Part shown: positions 39,391-49,252 of the stretch, one piece after another
Numbering within the stretch: the first letter of the stretch is position 1
How the letters are laid out: each line of letters starts with the position of its first letter
NCBI GenBank assembly: GCA_040006935.1
Contig: JBDTVZ010000003.1
Span: 139,988 to 203,987, forward strand
Source: Candidatus Dojkabacteria bacterium
GTDB taxonomy: Bacteria > Patescibacteriota > Dojkabacteria > J137
DNA length: 64,000 nt
Direction of reading: 5' to 3'
The notes under the pieces: model-generated
Databases searched by the model: none
What the model saw: the letters and a program-made list of their open reading frames with translations, nothing else
Told to the model about the DNA's origin: nothing
Made by a program: the position numbers and the translations under genes

Positions 39391-39881
39391 ATAATTGTGA
39401 TATTTAAAGTACCGACAATTATACCTAAACATATGCTAAATAGCACATCTGATGCGTAATGATGTTTTAGAGTTATTCTTGAAAGTGCAACTAGGAATGC
39501 ATAACATGTCACCACAATCCCAAGATAAAAATTCAAGTTAAAGCACAATGGTAAGATTTGGAATGCTGTAAATGTATGTGCTGATGGAAACGAATATTGA
39601 TCGGGTCCAAGTCCAGTAAGTCTTTTCAAATGAGATTTACTAGGCTCTACCGGCCTTGTTCGTTTGATAATTCTTTTTAATATGAAAATAAAAATATCTG
39701 CAATAAAGAACACTACAATATTCAAAAGAATAGTATTATTCAAAAATACGAAGTTGATAAACAAAAAGAAAATATAAGTTATTTTTGGGTTAATCGAAAA
39801 AATTAGAATTAAATTTCTAATTTTTGATTTCCTTAAAAACTCTGTTTTTTCAAATACAAAATTGTCTAATTCGTTGATCAT
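39387..39881 (-). CDS. PAP2-family membrane phosphatase (Rv3807c-like).
   Basis: PAP2 motifs KRTRPVEP ... PSAHT ... SRITLKHHYASD. Confidence 0.75.
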   Translation of the reverse strand: MINELDNFVFEKTEFLRKSKIRNLILIFSINPKITYIFFLFINFVFLNNTILLNIVVFFIADIFIFILKRIIKRTRPVEPSKSHLKRLTGLGPDQYSFPSAHTFTAFQILPLCFNLNFYLGIVVTCYAFLVALSRITLKHHYASDVLFSICLGIIVGTLNITII

Positions 39882-39882
39882 A

Positions 39883-40104
39883 TTATAAAGCAGTTCTACC
39901 CATAATCAGATTAAGCAAATCTTTAACACTTATCAAAGCTACTTTTATCCCATGTACTTTATCTGGAGTAAGTGCAAAAACAAAATAATCTATAAAGAAA
40001 ATTAAAAATACGATTAATATTAGTGACTCTATAACTATTTTATTTTGGACTAGTTTTTTAAATATTTGTTTCATAAATTGCATAAGTATGTAAATCGCTT
40101 GCAT
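39883..40104 (-). CDS. Small hydrophobic protein between the PAP2 and GT-C genes.
   Basis: 73 aa with 1-2 TM helices; it overlaps the GT-C 3' end by 47 nt. It may be real or may reflect an alternative C-terminus of the GT-C. Confidence 0.3.
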   Translation of the reverse strand: MQAIYILMQFMKQIFKKLVQNKIVIESLILIVFLIFFIDYFVFALTPDKVHGIKVALISVKDLLNLIMGRTAL

Positions 40105-42304
40105 TAGTTAAACCAAATCTAATTTTTGATATTGAATTATATTTTAAAGGTATTGTTTGTGTTCCAAACATCACACCATTTCCATTTTCGGGAGCAAAAT
40201 CCAAGTTGACAAATGTCTCATCATTTCCTAGGAATATATGGAAAAATATTGCAGGATTCTCAATTTCGTCGGGTTTATTTAAATAAAATTCGATACTAAA
40301 GGTTTTAACTCCATAAACTTCGGTAAGTTTATAATCTTTAATCACAACCGCTTTACTAATATCGTTTTCAAATGTTTTTTCTGAAAGGGTCTTTTTAGTT
40401 GAAGTATTTGGTTTATATGCAAATAGGAAATGAGGTCCATCAATATCCGTAATTAATTTTTCGAATAACTCTGGATGTTTATTAGCAATTGCTGCTTCTG
40501 GCATTCCGTCCAAAACAACTACATAAACTGGGTTAACTTTAGCAACTGCATCTAGCCACACTGAATCGTCACCTGGTCTTGCGGGAACAAAAACAACGTC
40601 ATTACTAAAGTCTTTATTGTACAGAGCATAAGGAAACCAAATTTTATCTCCTATTACTACACTCTGATTTTTGCCTAGTGTAGTATTAATAAGTATATTC
40701 ATGTCCCGTGTCTTGAGTGAACTTGCATAACTAATATTATCCGCATTTATTAATTGTTTGATAGTATCTACCGGTCTAAAAAAAGTTCCATCTATAGTCA
40801 GTACAAAACTTAATCCAAATAATAAAAATAGAACTATAAGTACAATATAGCGTCCCAATTTAGAAGTAATATACTTATTTAATAAATATATGAACGGAAT
40901 TATTCCAGCTATACATATAAATCCCGTATAGTGTGGAATCCAATTCCCTGGAAGCACAAGTAATATTAAAGTAGGAACTATTATAAAAATAAATAAATCT
41001 AAATATTTCTTTAAAATCGAAATTAAAAAAACAATCAGCATACTTGGTAATAAGAATACAAACCAAATCGAACCAAACCCATCTAATTTGCCATCAGCTA
41101 TATAATAAACTCCAGACCATCCTTCTCTCTCCTCCCAAACATAGATTAACCTTTGTATAAGATTTCTACTTTCAATTTGAGGTAGGCTATTAGTAAAATC
41201 TAAACCAGCCCATTCACCCGGGAAATGTATCCCTAAAACTGTAAATTCCACTGGGAATAATGGATTACCAAAGTAGTACCAACTCCTAAAATACCAAAAT
41301 GAGCCAAGTACAAACATCGCTACAATAATAAATCCAGTGAGAATTACTAAAGGTTTAAAGATTTTTCTCCAACCAATTTGTTTGAATAAAACTATTAAAA
41401 ACCCTAAATAGAAAACAAGAACATAAATTATCGCAGAAGATTTTGATCCAAAAATTATTCCTAAAGATAAACAGATCCCAACAAAAAGTGTAAGATTTTT
41501 TCTTTTGAAAACTTCTTTAAAATTTATATTTAACAGGAGATATAAAGAAGCCATTAATAAGGTCCACATTGTAATGTCTACTTTTTCGGTTTTTGAGACT
41601 AATAATAATATTGGTATGCTATAAACTAAAAGTCCTCCAATAATTGCAAATCTTTTCTTAGATCCAAAATGACGACAAAGTAAGTAAATAACTCCACTTA
41701 GGGAAATGAGAAAGTACATATTAGTTATTTCTGCAAGGACGTCACTTCGGAAGAAAATCATATTCCATAAATCCAGAAGTTCGATATCATGTGGGAAACT
41801 AATGGTATACAAATGTGTATAATCAAAGTACCTTATTTGACCAGTTTTAATAATATCGGCTACAAATCCTAGATGATAATGATAATCATCCCACGAAGTA
41901 GGCGGATGAACTATAATCAGAATCAAAAGATTAGTTAAAGTAAATATTGCGAGAATAATAAATGCCCACAAAATAATATCTCTTTTATTAACTTTCTTGA
42001 ATTCATTATTAAAATTCTTTAATTTACTTAACAATATCTTTGGTCTAAATCTGGAGACATAAAGTAATATAAGTGATATCCCAATATTTAGAGTAAATAA
42101 TTCAACTGGGTATAAACGTTTAAGAATTAGTCCCAAGAAGAAAGAAGTTAGAATAATTTGAGTAATTCCAAATATGAAAGTAAGTATAAAATTGAATCGT
42201 CTTTGTAAATTAAACTTCTCTTTGAAAAACCAGTACCAACCTAAAATCAGAAAGGAATTTATGATTATATATGCGAGTAAATTTATTAGGAATGACTCAG
42301 TCAT
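40058..42304 (-). CDS. Large GT-C fold polytopic membrane glycosyltransferase (arabino/ribofuranosyltransferase-like; lipid-linked donor user).
   Basis: 748 aa. About 13 or more TM helices in the N-terminal 500 aa with a WDDYHYH loop motif after an early TM helix, and a soluble ~230-aa C-terminal domain. Confidence 0.55.
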   Translation of the reverse strand: MTESFLINLLAYIIINSFLILGWYWFFKEKFNLQRRFNFILTFIFGITQIILTSFFLGLILKRLYPVELFTLNIGISLILLYVSRFRPKILLSKLKNFNNEFKKVNKRDIILWAFIILAIFTLTNLLILIIVHPPTSWDDYHYHLGFVADIIKTGQIRYFDYTHLYTISFPHDIELLDLWNMIFFRSDVLAEITNMYFLISLSGVIYLLCRHFGSKKRFAIIGGLLVYSIPILLLVSKTEKVDITMWTLLMASLYLLLNINFKEVFKRKNLTLFVGICLSLGIIFGSKSSAIIYVLVFYLGFLIVLFKQIGWRKIFKPLVILTGFIIVAMFVLGSFWYFRSWYYFGNPLFPVEFTVLGIHFPGEWAGLDFTNSLPQIESRNLIQRLIYVWEEREGWSGVYYIADGKLDGFGSIWFVFLLPSMLIVFLISILKKYLDLFIFIIVPTLILLVLPGNWIPHYTGFICIAGIIPFIYLLNKYITSKLGRYIVLIVLFLLFGLSFVLTIDGTFFRPVDTIKQLINADNISYASSLKTRDMNILINTTLGKNQSVVIGDKIWFPYALYNKDFSNDVVFVPARPGDDSVWLDAVAKVNPVYVVVLDGMPEAAIANKHPELFEKLITDIDGPHFLFAYKPNTSTKKTLSEKTFENDISKAVVIKDYKLTEVYGVKTFSIEFYLNKPDEIENPAIFFHIFLGNDETFVNLDFAPENGNGVMFGTQTIPLKYNSISKIRFGLTNASDLHTYAIYETNI

Positions 42305-42423
42305 TAGTTACAACAATAATTAGGTATAATATTAAATAGTTTATAACATAATACTTAAAATATGGACAAATATCTAAACTACAGTAGAGTTATGGGATTG
42401 AATATAAATCAATATATATTATA

Positions 42424-43698
42424 ATGAATCCCATGGATAAAATAAAAAAATTTATTGGTATATATCAAAATTTTGGTCTAAGTTACTTTCTGGATTTGAT
42501 TATCAGAAAAGCATCCTTCGGGAAGATAAATTTAAATATTAAACCTAATTTTGATAAATTTCTAGAAAACAATGTTTCATCGGATCACTCAAAGAAACAA
42601 ATTATCTTCTTTGTCCCTTGGTTTACTTTTGGGGGAACAGATATTGTAAACTACACGCTCCTTAATAATATGGACCAAACTAAATTCCAGTTCCATCTCT
42701 TCTCTACAATCCGAGGAGCAAACAATATTTGGTTTGATAAATTTAAAGCTATTAATAACGAAATTTTTCATCTTCCTGATTTAATATCAGAAGATAATTA
42801 CGAAGAGTTGATAAAAAAGTATATTAAGTATGTGAATGCAGAGACTTTTTTTGTTTCTAATTCATCTAAAGGTTATGACTTAATCCCATTCGTCAGAAGA
42901 GAATTCCCTCAAATTAAGATAGTCGATCTTTTACATGGACAAGGAGGCTCTAAAGAAAGTGGTGGTTTCCCAGAATATTCTAAAAATCTAGATAAATATA
43001 TTGATACAAGAATTGCAATTAATAATTTCTTAAAGAACTATTTAATAGAAAAATATAATATAGATCCTAAAAAAATAACAGTAATCCAAAATGCTATTGA
43101 ATTCAGTGATAAAGTGGAGAAAGGTATATATAGATCAAAACAAAAAGTGGATGAGAACGAATTTGTTGTTACGTACTTAGGAAGATTAGCACCAGAGAAA
43201 CATCCTGAAATTATTGTAAAAATAGCAAATGAGCTTGTTAATAATCAAGGTGTGGGAAATATCAGCTTTTTTATTGGAGGCGATGGACCACTTTTCGACG
43301 AGGTATCCAAAGAAATTCGAACTTTAAAACTAGGAAATAAAATTCATCTATTAGGCTATTATCCGAATAATGAAGCGGTCAAAATTCTAAGTGATTCTAA
43401 CCTTCTTGCTGTGACATCTGAGATGGAAGGTTCTCCCATTGTAATTCTAGAAGCAATGAATTTAGGAGTACCCGTCCTAGCAAGTAAAGTTGGTGGAATT
43501 CCAGAACAAGTGGACGATCAAATAACTGGCGTATTGATAGAGTTCAATGAGAACTTTGTAGAAACGGCCGCCCAAGAAATTCTTGAGTTGAAAAATAATA
43601 GAGAAAAGCTCTCCTCAATGGGTTTAAAATCCAAAGAGAAAGCAACAACAACTTTTTCAGTTAAAGAGATGATTTCGAAGTACGAAAGTTCACTTTAA
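42424..43698 (+). CDS. GT4-family glycosyltransferase.
   Basis: EGSPIVILEAMNLGVPVLASKVGGIPE. Confidence 0.8.
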   Translation: MNPMDKIKKFIGIYQNFGLSYFLDLIIRKASFGKINLNIKPNFDKFLENNVSSDHSKKQIIFFVPWFTFGGTDIVNYTLLNNMDQTKFQFHLFSTIRGANNIWFDKFKAINNEIFHLPDLISEDNYEELIKKYIKYVNAETFFVSNSSKGYDLIPFVRREFPQIKIVDLLHGQGGSKESGGFPEYSKNLDKYIDTRIAINNFLKNYLIEKYNIDPKKITVIQNAIEFSDKVEKGIYRSKQKVDENEFVVTYLGRLAPEKHPEIIVKIANELVNNQGVGNISFFIGGDGPLFDEVSKEIRTLKLGNKIHLLGYYPNNEAVKILSDSNLLAVTSEMEGSPIVILEAMNLGVPVLASKVGGIPEQVDDQITGVLIEFNENFVETAAQEILELKNNREKLSSMGLKSKEKATTTFSVKEMISKYESSL

Positions 43699-46521
43699 GA
43701 TTTCGTTAAATGCTTTCTGCATTTCTTTTAAAGAAAACTCTCTTTCAACTGTTTCTCTAGCATTTTTACCTATACCTTGAACAATCTTTTTATCTTCTGC
43801 TAAAAGACTAACAATAAGATCTGCAAAATCATTAACTAAGTTATTGCCATATTCAATTAAGAATCCGTCCCTGCCGTGTTCAACCATTTCCGGTATTCCA
43901 CCAACTTTAGTACTTATAACAGGAACTTCCATCGCCATACTTTCTAACGTACTTACTGGCATTCCCTCCATTTCAGAAACTATTAATGAGTAATCTGTAT
44001 CTTTTAATATGTAGGGTGCTTCAGAATTTTGAAAAAAATCTGTAAAGAAAACTGATTCATTAAGTTTTAAATCTTCAACTTCAGTTTGTAGTTCCTTCAA
44101 CATTGGACCACCACCAGCAATTATTAATTTTACATTCCTTATTTTTCGAACGTTTATTAATTCATTTGCAATTTCAACAAGTTTTTCAGGACTCTTATCA
44201 AAATTTAACCTGCCTAAATAACTTAGAACAATATCTTTTGCACTCATTTTAAATTTCTTTCGATACTTCCCAGCCTCAAATTTTGTAGGATCAAATTTGT
44301 TTAAATCTATTCCATTATGGACGACCAAGATCTTTCCTGGATTTACTCCATACTCGTTCACCATTAATTCCTTAAGCATTTTACTAGCCACGATATGAGT
44401 TTCAATATGTTCATCAAATTGGACGCAGTATTTAGGGTAACCACCACCTTCGTTTTTCATACCTTGCGCTTGGATCAGGTCCATAATCCTTATCTTTGGA
44501 AATACTTTTTTAATCTCAGGAATCATGTCAAATCCAGCTTGGCTATTTCCAATCAAAATAGTATCTATGTGGCCTAGTTTTATATACTCCTTAATAAATG
44601 CAAAATAGAAGTTTTCATTTACATACTCAGACAAGTGGAACATATTTGGAGTAAGTTTTTTAAATTCTTTCTCCCAAGTATGGTTTGATAAAAGAGTTGT
44701 AAAAACGTGAGTATTAAATTCCTTTGGATTTAATCCGGCAATAGTATCCAGCATTAACTTATCAAAGCCTCCGGCAACAAGCCACGGAAAAATAAACATA
44801 ATATTTTTCTTATCTTCATTAAATTTAGCGCGATCATTTATGAATGTAGAAATATTATTATAGTCATCTCTGATTGAATATTTCATTACAAATCTTTTCT
44901 GAGGATCGAGGTTTAATATTAAATTATTACTTTCTTCGAATAAGTATAATTTTGTATTGCCAATTCCAGTTTCAAGCTTGCCAATCGCAAAGTCTATATG
45001 TTCCTCTTTTAAATCAAAAGACTCTTTATCCTTGTCATCATTAAGAATGGCTACAATTTGTAACTTTGGATATCTCATCTTAATTTCAGGAAGATGTAAA
45101 TATAAAAAGTTTGATTTGGATACAATTAAAGTAGAGGTTTTTCTGGTCTCGATTAGGTAGTATAAAATCTCACGCCAGTTATCTTTATTTGGATAAAGTT
45201 TCCCGAGATGGAAAATGTCACTAGTTAAATCCTCAAAATTATAAGGAGATTCAAGTAAATAACTTTCGAAATCACTAGTTGTAACAAAACCTATGTTAGC
45301 ACCAGTAATTAATTTAGTTTTACTTGCGAAATTGTAAATGTATCTAGATTCATCTTCTATTCCTAAAGTTTCGGCAACAAATAGTATATGAGTTCTTTGA
45401 TTATCATTGGTTCGATCTGCATCCAATAAATTTAGTAGGGGATTTTTTACTGTATATTTCTTAAGTTTGTTTACAATATTTTGAATATACTTTCGGTTGG
45501 TAATTGCCTTAATATGTTTATTCCTTATTGTACTTACCCAATGCATATGCCTATCGTGTGATTTCTGACTCTCTGTGTGTCCATGTCTTCTATATAAAAG
45601 TAAAGGTTCGTGAACAATATCACTTGCAGCACTCTGCTCTGCCATTGATATCCAGAAATCCCAATCCTCGTAACCTTTTATTTTTGAATCATAAGGACCC
45701 ACTTTCATTCCTAATTCCCTTCTAAAAATTGCAGAACAATGTTGAGTATTTTCATGAACAATTGATCGAATATCTAAAATTCCACGTTCAAAGGTAAAGC
45801 TGGCATCTCCAAATTCTTTATGCCATGTATTACATACGTCTAAATTCCCAAGTTCAAGCTTAAGTAAACATTTTTCTAAATATGTAGGTTTAAGTTTATC
45901 GTCTGCATCTAATCTACAAATATATTTTCCTTTAGCGTGCCTAACTCCATTGTTAAACGCTCCTGGAATATAGGTATTTTCTTCTTGAAAAATAACTCGA
46001 GTCTTAGGTTTTTTGAGACTGTGGATAATATCAATCGAATATGGTTCAGTCGAAGCATCATCTACAATTATAATTTCAAAATTCTGGAAAGTCTGGTTAA
46101 GTACAGAGTCCACTGCTTGTTCTATGTATCTACCATAGTTGTGATATGGAATAACTACGCTGACAAGTGGTGCACCTTTTTTCCATTTTGTTAATTCCAC
46201 TTCTACAGGTAAACTGGGTTTAACAACAACGGGTTGAATAGTATTTGGAGTCATTCGTGCCTTTATGGCTCGAGTCGGGGGATTTAAAATTCTTTTTGCT
46301 CTCTCGGGTAATATTAATTTCCCTATTAAGTAAACACTTCTGAAAATCTTTCTCGGCACAGTATCAAACCTGAAAGTGGAGTAAAAGCGGTAAAATGCGT
46401 TATCCCTTAATATATATGAATCGTATTCTACTCTTTTATTGATTGCATCTAGCTCCCTATTTCTATTTAATAAAAATGTTCTTTCCTTTTCCAAAAAGGC
46501 TTTTTCATCAAGATCGTCCAT
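43690..46521 (-). CDS. Bifunctional GT2 (N-terminal) - GT4 (C-terminal) fusion glycosyltransferase, 943 aa.
   Basis: N-terminal LVSVVIPYHNYGRYIEQAVDSVLNQTFQNFEIIIVDDAS...RLDADD and C-terminal EGMPVSTLESMAMEVPVISTKVGGIPE. Confidence 0.75.
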   Translation of the reverse strand: MDDLDEKAFLEKERTFLLNRNRELDAINKRVEYDSYILRDNAFYRFYSTFRFDTVPRKIFRSVYLIGKLILPERAKRILNPPTRAIKARMTPNTIQPVVVKPSLPVEVELTKWKKGAPLVSVVIPYHNYGRYIEQAVDSVLNQTFQNFEIIIVDDASTEPYSIDIIHSLKKPKTRVIFQEENTYIPGAFNNGVRHAKGKYICRLDADDKLKPTYLEKCLLKLELGNLDVCNTWHKEFGDASFTFERGILDIRSIVHENTQHCSAIFRRELGMKVGPYDSKIKGYEDWDFWISMAEQSAASDIVHEPLLLYRRHGHTESQKSHDRHMHWVSTIRNKHIKAITNRKYIQNIVNKLKKYTVKNPLLNLLDADRTNDNQRTHILFVAETLGIEDESRYIYNFASKTKLITGANIGFVTTSDFESYLLESPYNFEDLTSDIFHLGKLYPNKDNWREILYYLIETRKTSTLIVSKSNFLYLHLPEIKMRYPKLQIVAILNDDKDKESFDLKEEHIDFAIGKLETGIGNTKLYLFEESNNLILNLDPQKRFVMKYSIRDDYNNISTFINDRAKFNEDKKNIMFIFPWLVAGGFDKLMLDTIAGLNPKEFNTHVFTTLLSNHTWEKEFKKLTPNMFHLSEYVNENFYFAFIKEYIKLGHIDTILIGNSQAGFDMIPEIKKVFPKIRIMDLIQAQGMKNEGGGYPKYCVQFDEHIETHIVASKMLKELMVNEYGVNPGKILVVHNGIDLNKFDPTKFEAGKYRKKFKMSAKDIVLSYLGRLNFDKSPEKLVEIANELINVRKIRNVKLIIAGGGPMLKELQTEVEDLKLNESVFFTDFFQNSEAPYILKDTDYSLIVSEMEGMPVSTLESMAMEVPVISTKVGGIPEMVEHGRDGFLIEYGNNLVNDFADLIVSLLAEDKKIVQGIGKNARETVEREFSLKEMQKAFNEILK

Positions 46522-46545
46522 AAAATTCTTTTAAATAATTATAAT

Positions 46546-47553
46546 TTGATATATATTCATTGTATGAATCCTGTAAGAAACATTATACCTAAAGTTAAAA
46601 CAATAATTAAAGAATTCCTTGGTTTAAACTACCCATATGTTTATGTTCAAAGACGACTTAGCTCTTTTGCAAAAGTCGTTTCTCCAATCTCTAATAAGGA
46701 AGTATATAACAAAGAGGTAGATATTATAATGCCTATCTATAACAGATTAGCGGAAACAAAAATGGCTATTGAGTATTTATTTAAGAATGCCAATATAAAA
46801 TTCAAACTAATCCTTGTTGATAATAACTCAGATAATAAAACGCAGGAATATCTTAAGAATTTATCACATAAAAATATTAAAGTAATTTTTCTTAAAGAAA
46901 ATCTTGGTGCTTCAATCGCCCGAGAATCTGGATTAAAAGAGTCACAGAATGAGTTTGTAGCATTTGTTGATAACGATATCTTAATCATGCCAAATTACTT
47001 TGAAAATCTTCTAACAACAATTCAAACTGATAATAAAATTGCTGGGGTCCAATCCAAAGTTGTTCTACCAAATTTAAAGATTCAAATAAATACTCCAACT
47101 TTCATGATAAAAGATCAAGATATTGTCTTCACAGATAAAGATATTGACAAAAAATTCGACGACAAATCCACTTTTGAATCTAAAACATGTAACTATATTC
47201 CAATAGGTGCAACTTTATGGAGAAGAGAAGTTTTTAACAGGTTCAGCTTTGACGAAGGAATGAATACAGCTTTTGAAGATAATGACTTCGCATATTCTGT
47301 ATATAAGGGAGGATATATTTTTAGAAACTGTCCTAAAGCAATTGCTTTGCATATAAATTCAGAATTCTCTCCCAAAACCATTCAAGATAATAGTTATATG
47401 GCAGGAAGATATTCAAATGATAAATTACTCAAAAGTCTTAAAATCTTCTATAAAAAACATCAGCTAATTTTCTATTTTAAGACTAAAGAAGGGTTTGCTA
47501 AATATTTAGGTTTTAGCAATCCAGAAGAATATGAAAACTCCCTCAAAGCCTAA
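46546..47553 (+). CDS. GT2-family glycosyltransferase.
   Basis: VDIIMPIYNRLAETKMAIEYL...LVDNNSDN...FVDNDI. Confidence 0.7.
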   Translation: MIYIHCMNPVRNIIPKVKTIIKEFLGLNYPYVYVQRRLSSFAKVVSPISNKEVYNKEVDIIMPIYNRLAETKMAIEYLFKNANIKFKLILVDNNSDNKTQEYLKNLSHKNIKVIFLKENLGASIARESGLKESQNEFVAFVDNDILIMPNYFENLLTTIQTDNKIAGVQSKVVLPNLKIQINTPTFMIKDQDIVFTDKDIDKKFDDKSTFESKTCNYIPIGATLWRREVFNRFSFDEGMNTAFEDNDFAYSVYKGGYIFRNCPKAIALHINSEFSPKTIQDNSYMAGRYSNDKLLKSLKIFYKKHQLIFYFKTKEGFAKYLGFSNPEEYENSLKA

Positions 47554-48488
47554 AGTACTTGCCCATTAAATATCTTCAAGAACCAACTTAACAATTTGTA
47601 TGGAGGTGTAGATTTTATTTTAGTTATTTTGTTCTTTAATCTATCTAATTCTTCACTTTTTACGGATAAGATTTTTTCTGTCTCGACTAATTCATTAAAG
47701 ACTTTCTTATTCTCAGCAACTAATATATCGTAATCATTTATCGTTGCAATGATTCTTTTTTCCTCTTGTAAAATTATTTCAATATAATTTTTTTTATAAA
47801 ACTCTTCGTTATTCTCAATTACTTTTCTCAAGAGTTCAATTTTCCTCTTCCTCGCCTCAACTATCATTGAATTTTTCTTTACTCGATAATTAAATAATTC
47901 TTCTGGAATACAAATCCACTTATAACCTTTCGCAATAATTGAAATCCAAAAACTCATATCCTCAAATCCACCATGTGCCATGTTTGAAGAATATCCCCCA
48001 ACTTCTTCCCAAACCTTGCGCTTAAACATTGAAGCAACATGAACTCCAGTACCTCCCTCTGTTGCTAACTTCATTGGATCGTAATCCGAAGTTTTCCAAA
48101 GTTCATCGATTTCACCAAAAGTTCTTACCCAGGTTGTTGCTATTGCAACTTTTTCATCAGAATTATCTAATGCACTTACACATTTTTCTAAAAATTGCGG
48201 AAAATATTTATCGTCAGCATCAAGGCAGCAAATATATTCACCTTTTGCAATTTTAATACCATTGTTTCTTGCATTGGGAAGCCCTTGATTTTCAGTAGTC
48301 AGTACTTTTGTTTTTGGTTTATTGTAATTAGCTAATAGCTTATTAGTTGCCTCATCAGTAGAACCATCATTAACAATGATAATTTCAAAGTCTTGGAAAG
48401 TTTGTGCAAGAACTGAGTTTACTGCCTCATCAACATATTCTCCATGGTTATAGCAAGGAATTACAACTGAGACTTTAGGTTCAGCCAT
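47550..48488 (-). CDS. GT2-family glycosyltransferase.
   Basis: VSVVIPCYNHGEYVDEAVNSVLAQTFQDFEIIIVNDGSTDE...CLDADD. Confidence 0.8.
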   Translation of the reverse strand: MAEPKVSVVIPCYNHGEYVDEAVNSVLAQTFQDFEIIIVNDGSTDEATNKLLANYNKPKTKVLTTENQGLPNARNNGIKIAKGEYICCLDADDKYFPQFLEKCVSALDNSDEKVAIATTWVRTFGEIDELWKTSDYDPMKLATEGGTGVHVASMFKRKVWEEVGGYSSNMAHGGFEDMSFWISIIAKGYKWICIPEELFNYRVKKNSMIVEARKRKIELLRKVIENNEEFYKKNYIEIILQEEKRIIATINDYDILVAENKKVFNELVETEKILSVKSEELDRLKNKITKIKSTPPYKLLSWFLKIFNGQVL

Positions 48489-48489
48489 T

Positions 48490-49185
48490 TTACTTATTTT
48501 TAATAAATATCATTGCATTCTGTGATAGCCACCATGCAACTTTCTTTTCTTTTAAACTTTCTCTCATTTTCATCGTATCTTCCTTTTTATATTCAAATCC
48601 TTGTTCCTCAAAAAGTTTAATCCAATATTCATTAGGCTGCTCATTAATATGGTCATCTCCACCTTGTCCCGGAATCGCAGCAGTAAAGAATAGCTTATCT
48701 GCATGTCTTGTCATATTACCAACTAAAGTAGAAGCAAATTTAGCCTGTAAATGCTCTGCAACTTCTATACAGATTACAAGATCAAATTTTTTCCCTAACT
48801 CTAACTTCTTTCTTAAATCGAAAACTTGAATATATTTAGGATCAACTAATGCATTTTGTTTTGCCCAGTCGCTTCCATCAACCCCCTGTGCATCAACCCC
48901 CCGTTTCAAAAATTCTCTTAGGTAAGGACCATTTCCGCAACCAACGTCCAGCAATGTTTTAGGTTGAAAATAATTATATAGTTCATCAATAAATCTATTC
49001 ATATTGGGAAGATTTGAAATATCTTCGTAATATTCGCCATTATAAATTGTGCTAATTTCATTTTTACCCTGTACTCTTGCAAGGAATTTCCTAACTTTAT
49101 ATTCTAAAGATTTAGAAGCTCTGAAGATTACGTATTTGAAGCCGTGATTCTTGAAATATAAATAGTAATTTGAAAAAAGATTCAT
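48490..49185 (-). CDS. Class I SAM-dependent methyltransferase.
   Basis: Motif I LLDVGCGNGPYL; 1-nt gap to the downstream GT2. Confidence 0.7.
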   Translation of the reverse strand: MNLFSNYYLYFKNHGFKYVIFRASKSLEYKVRKFLARVQGKNEISTIYNGEYYEDISNLPNMNRFIDELYNYFQPKTLLDVGCGNGPYLREFLKRGVDAQGVDGSDWAKQNALVDPKYIQVFDLRKKLELGKKFDLVICIEVAEHLQAKFASTLVGNMTRHADKLFFTAAIPGQGGDDHINEQPNEYWIKLFEEQGFEYKKEDTMKMRESLKEKKVAWWLSQNAMIFIKNK

Positions 49186-49252
49186 AACATTATCTGATAA
49201 AATATTGCTACAATTATAATCTAAAAAAGTAATTTGTTATACAGATTTTATT

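Noticed and set aside
39883-40104. The 73-aa ORF as an independent gene.
   Set aside because: It is kept only at low confidence. It overlaps the GT-C 3' end by 47 nt and could be an artefact of a frameshift or an alternative C-terminus.
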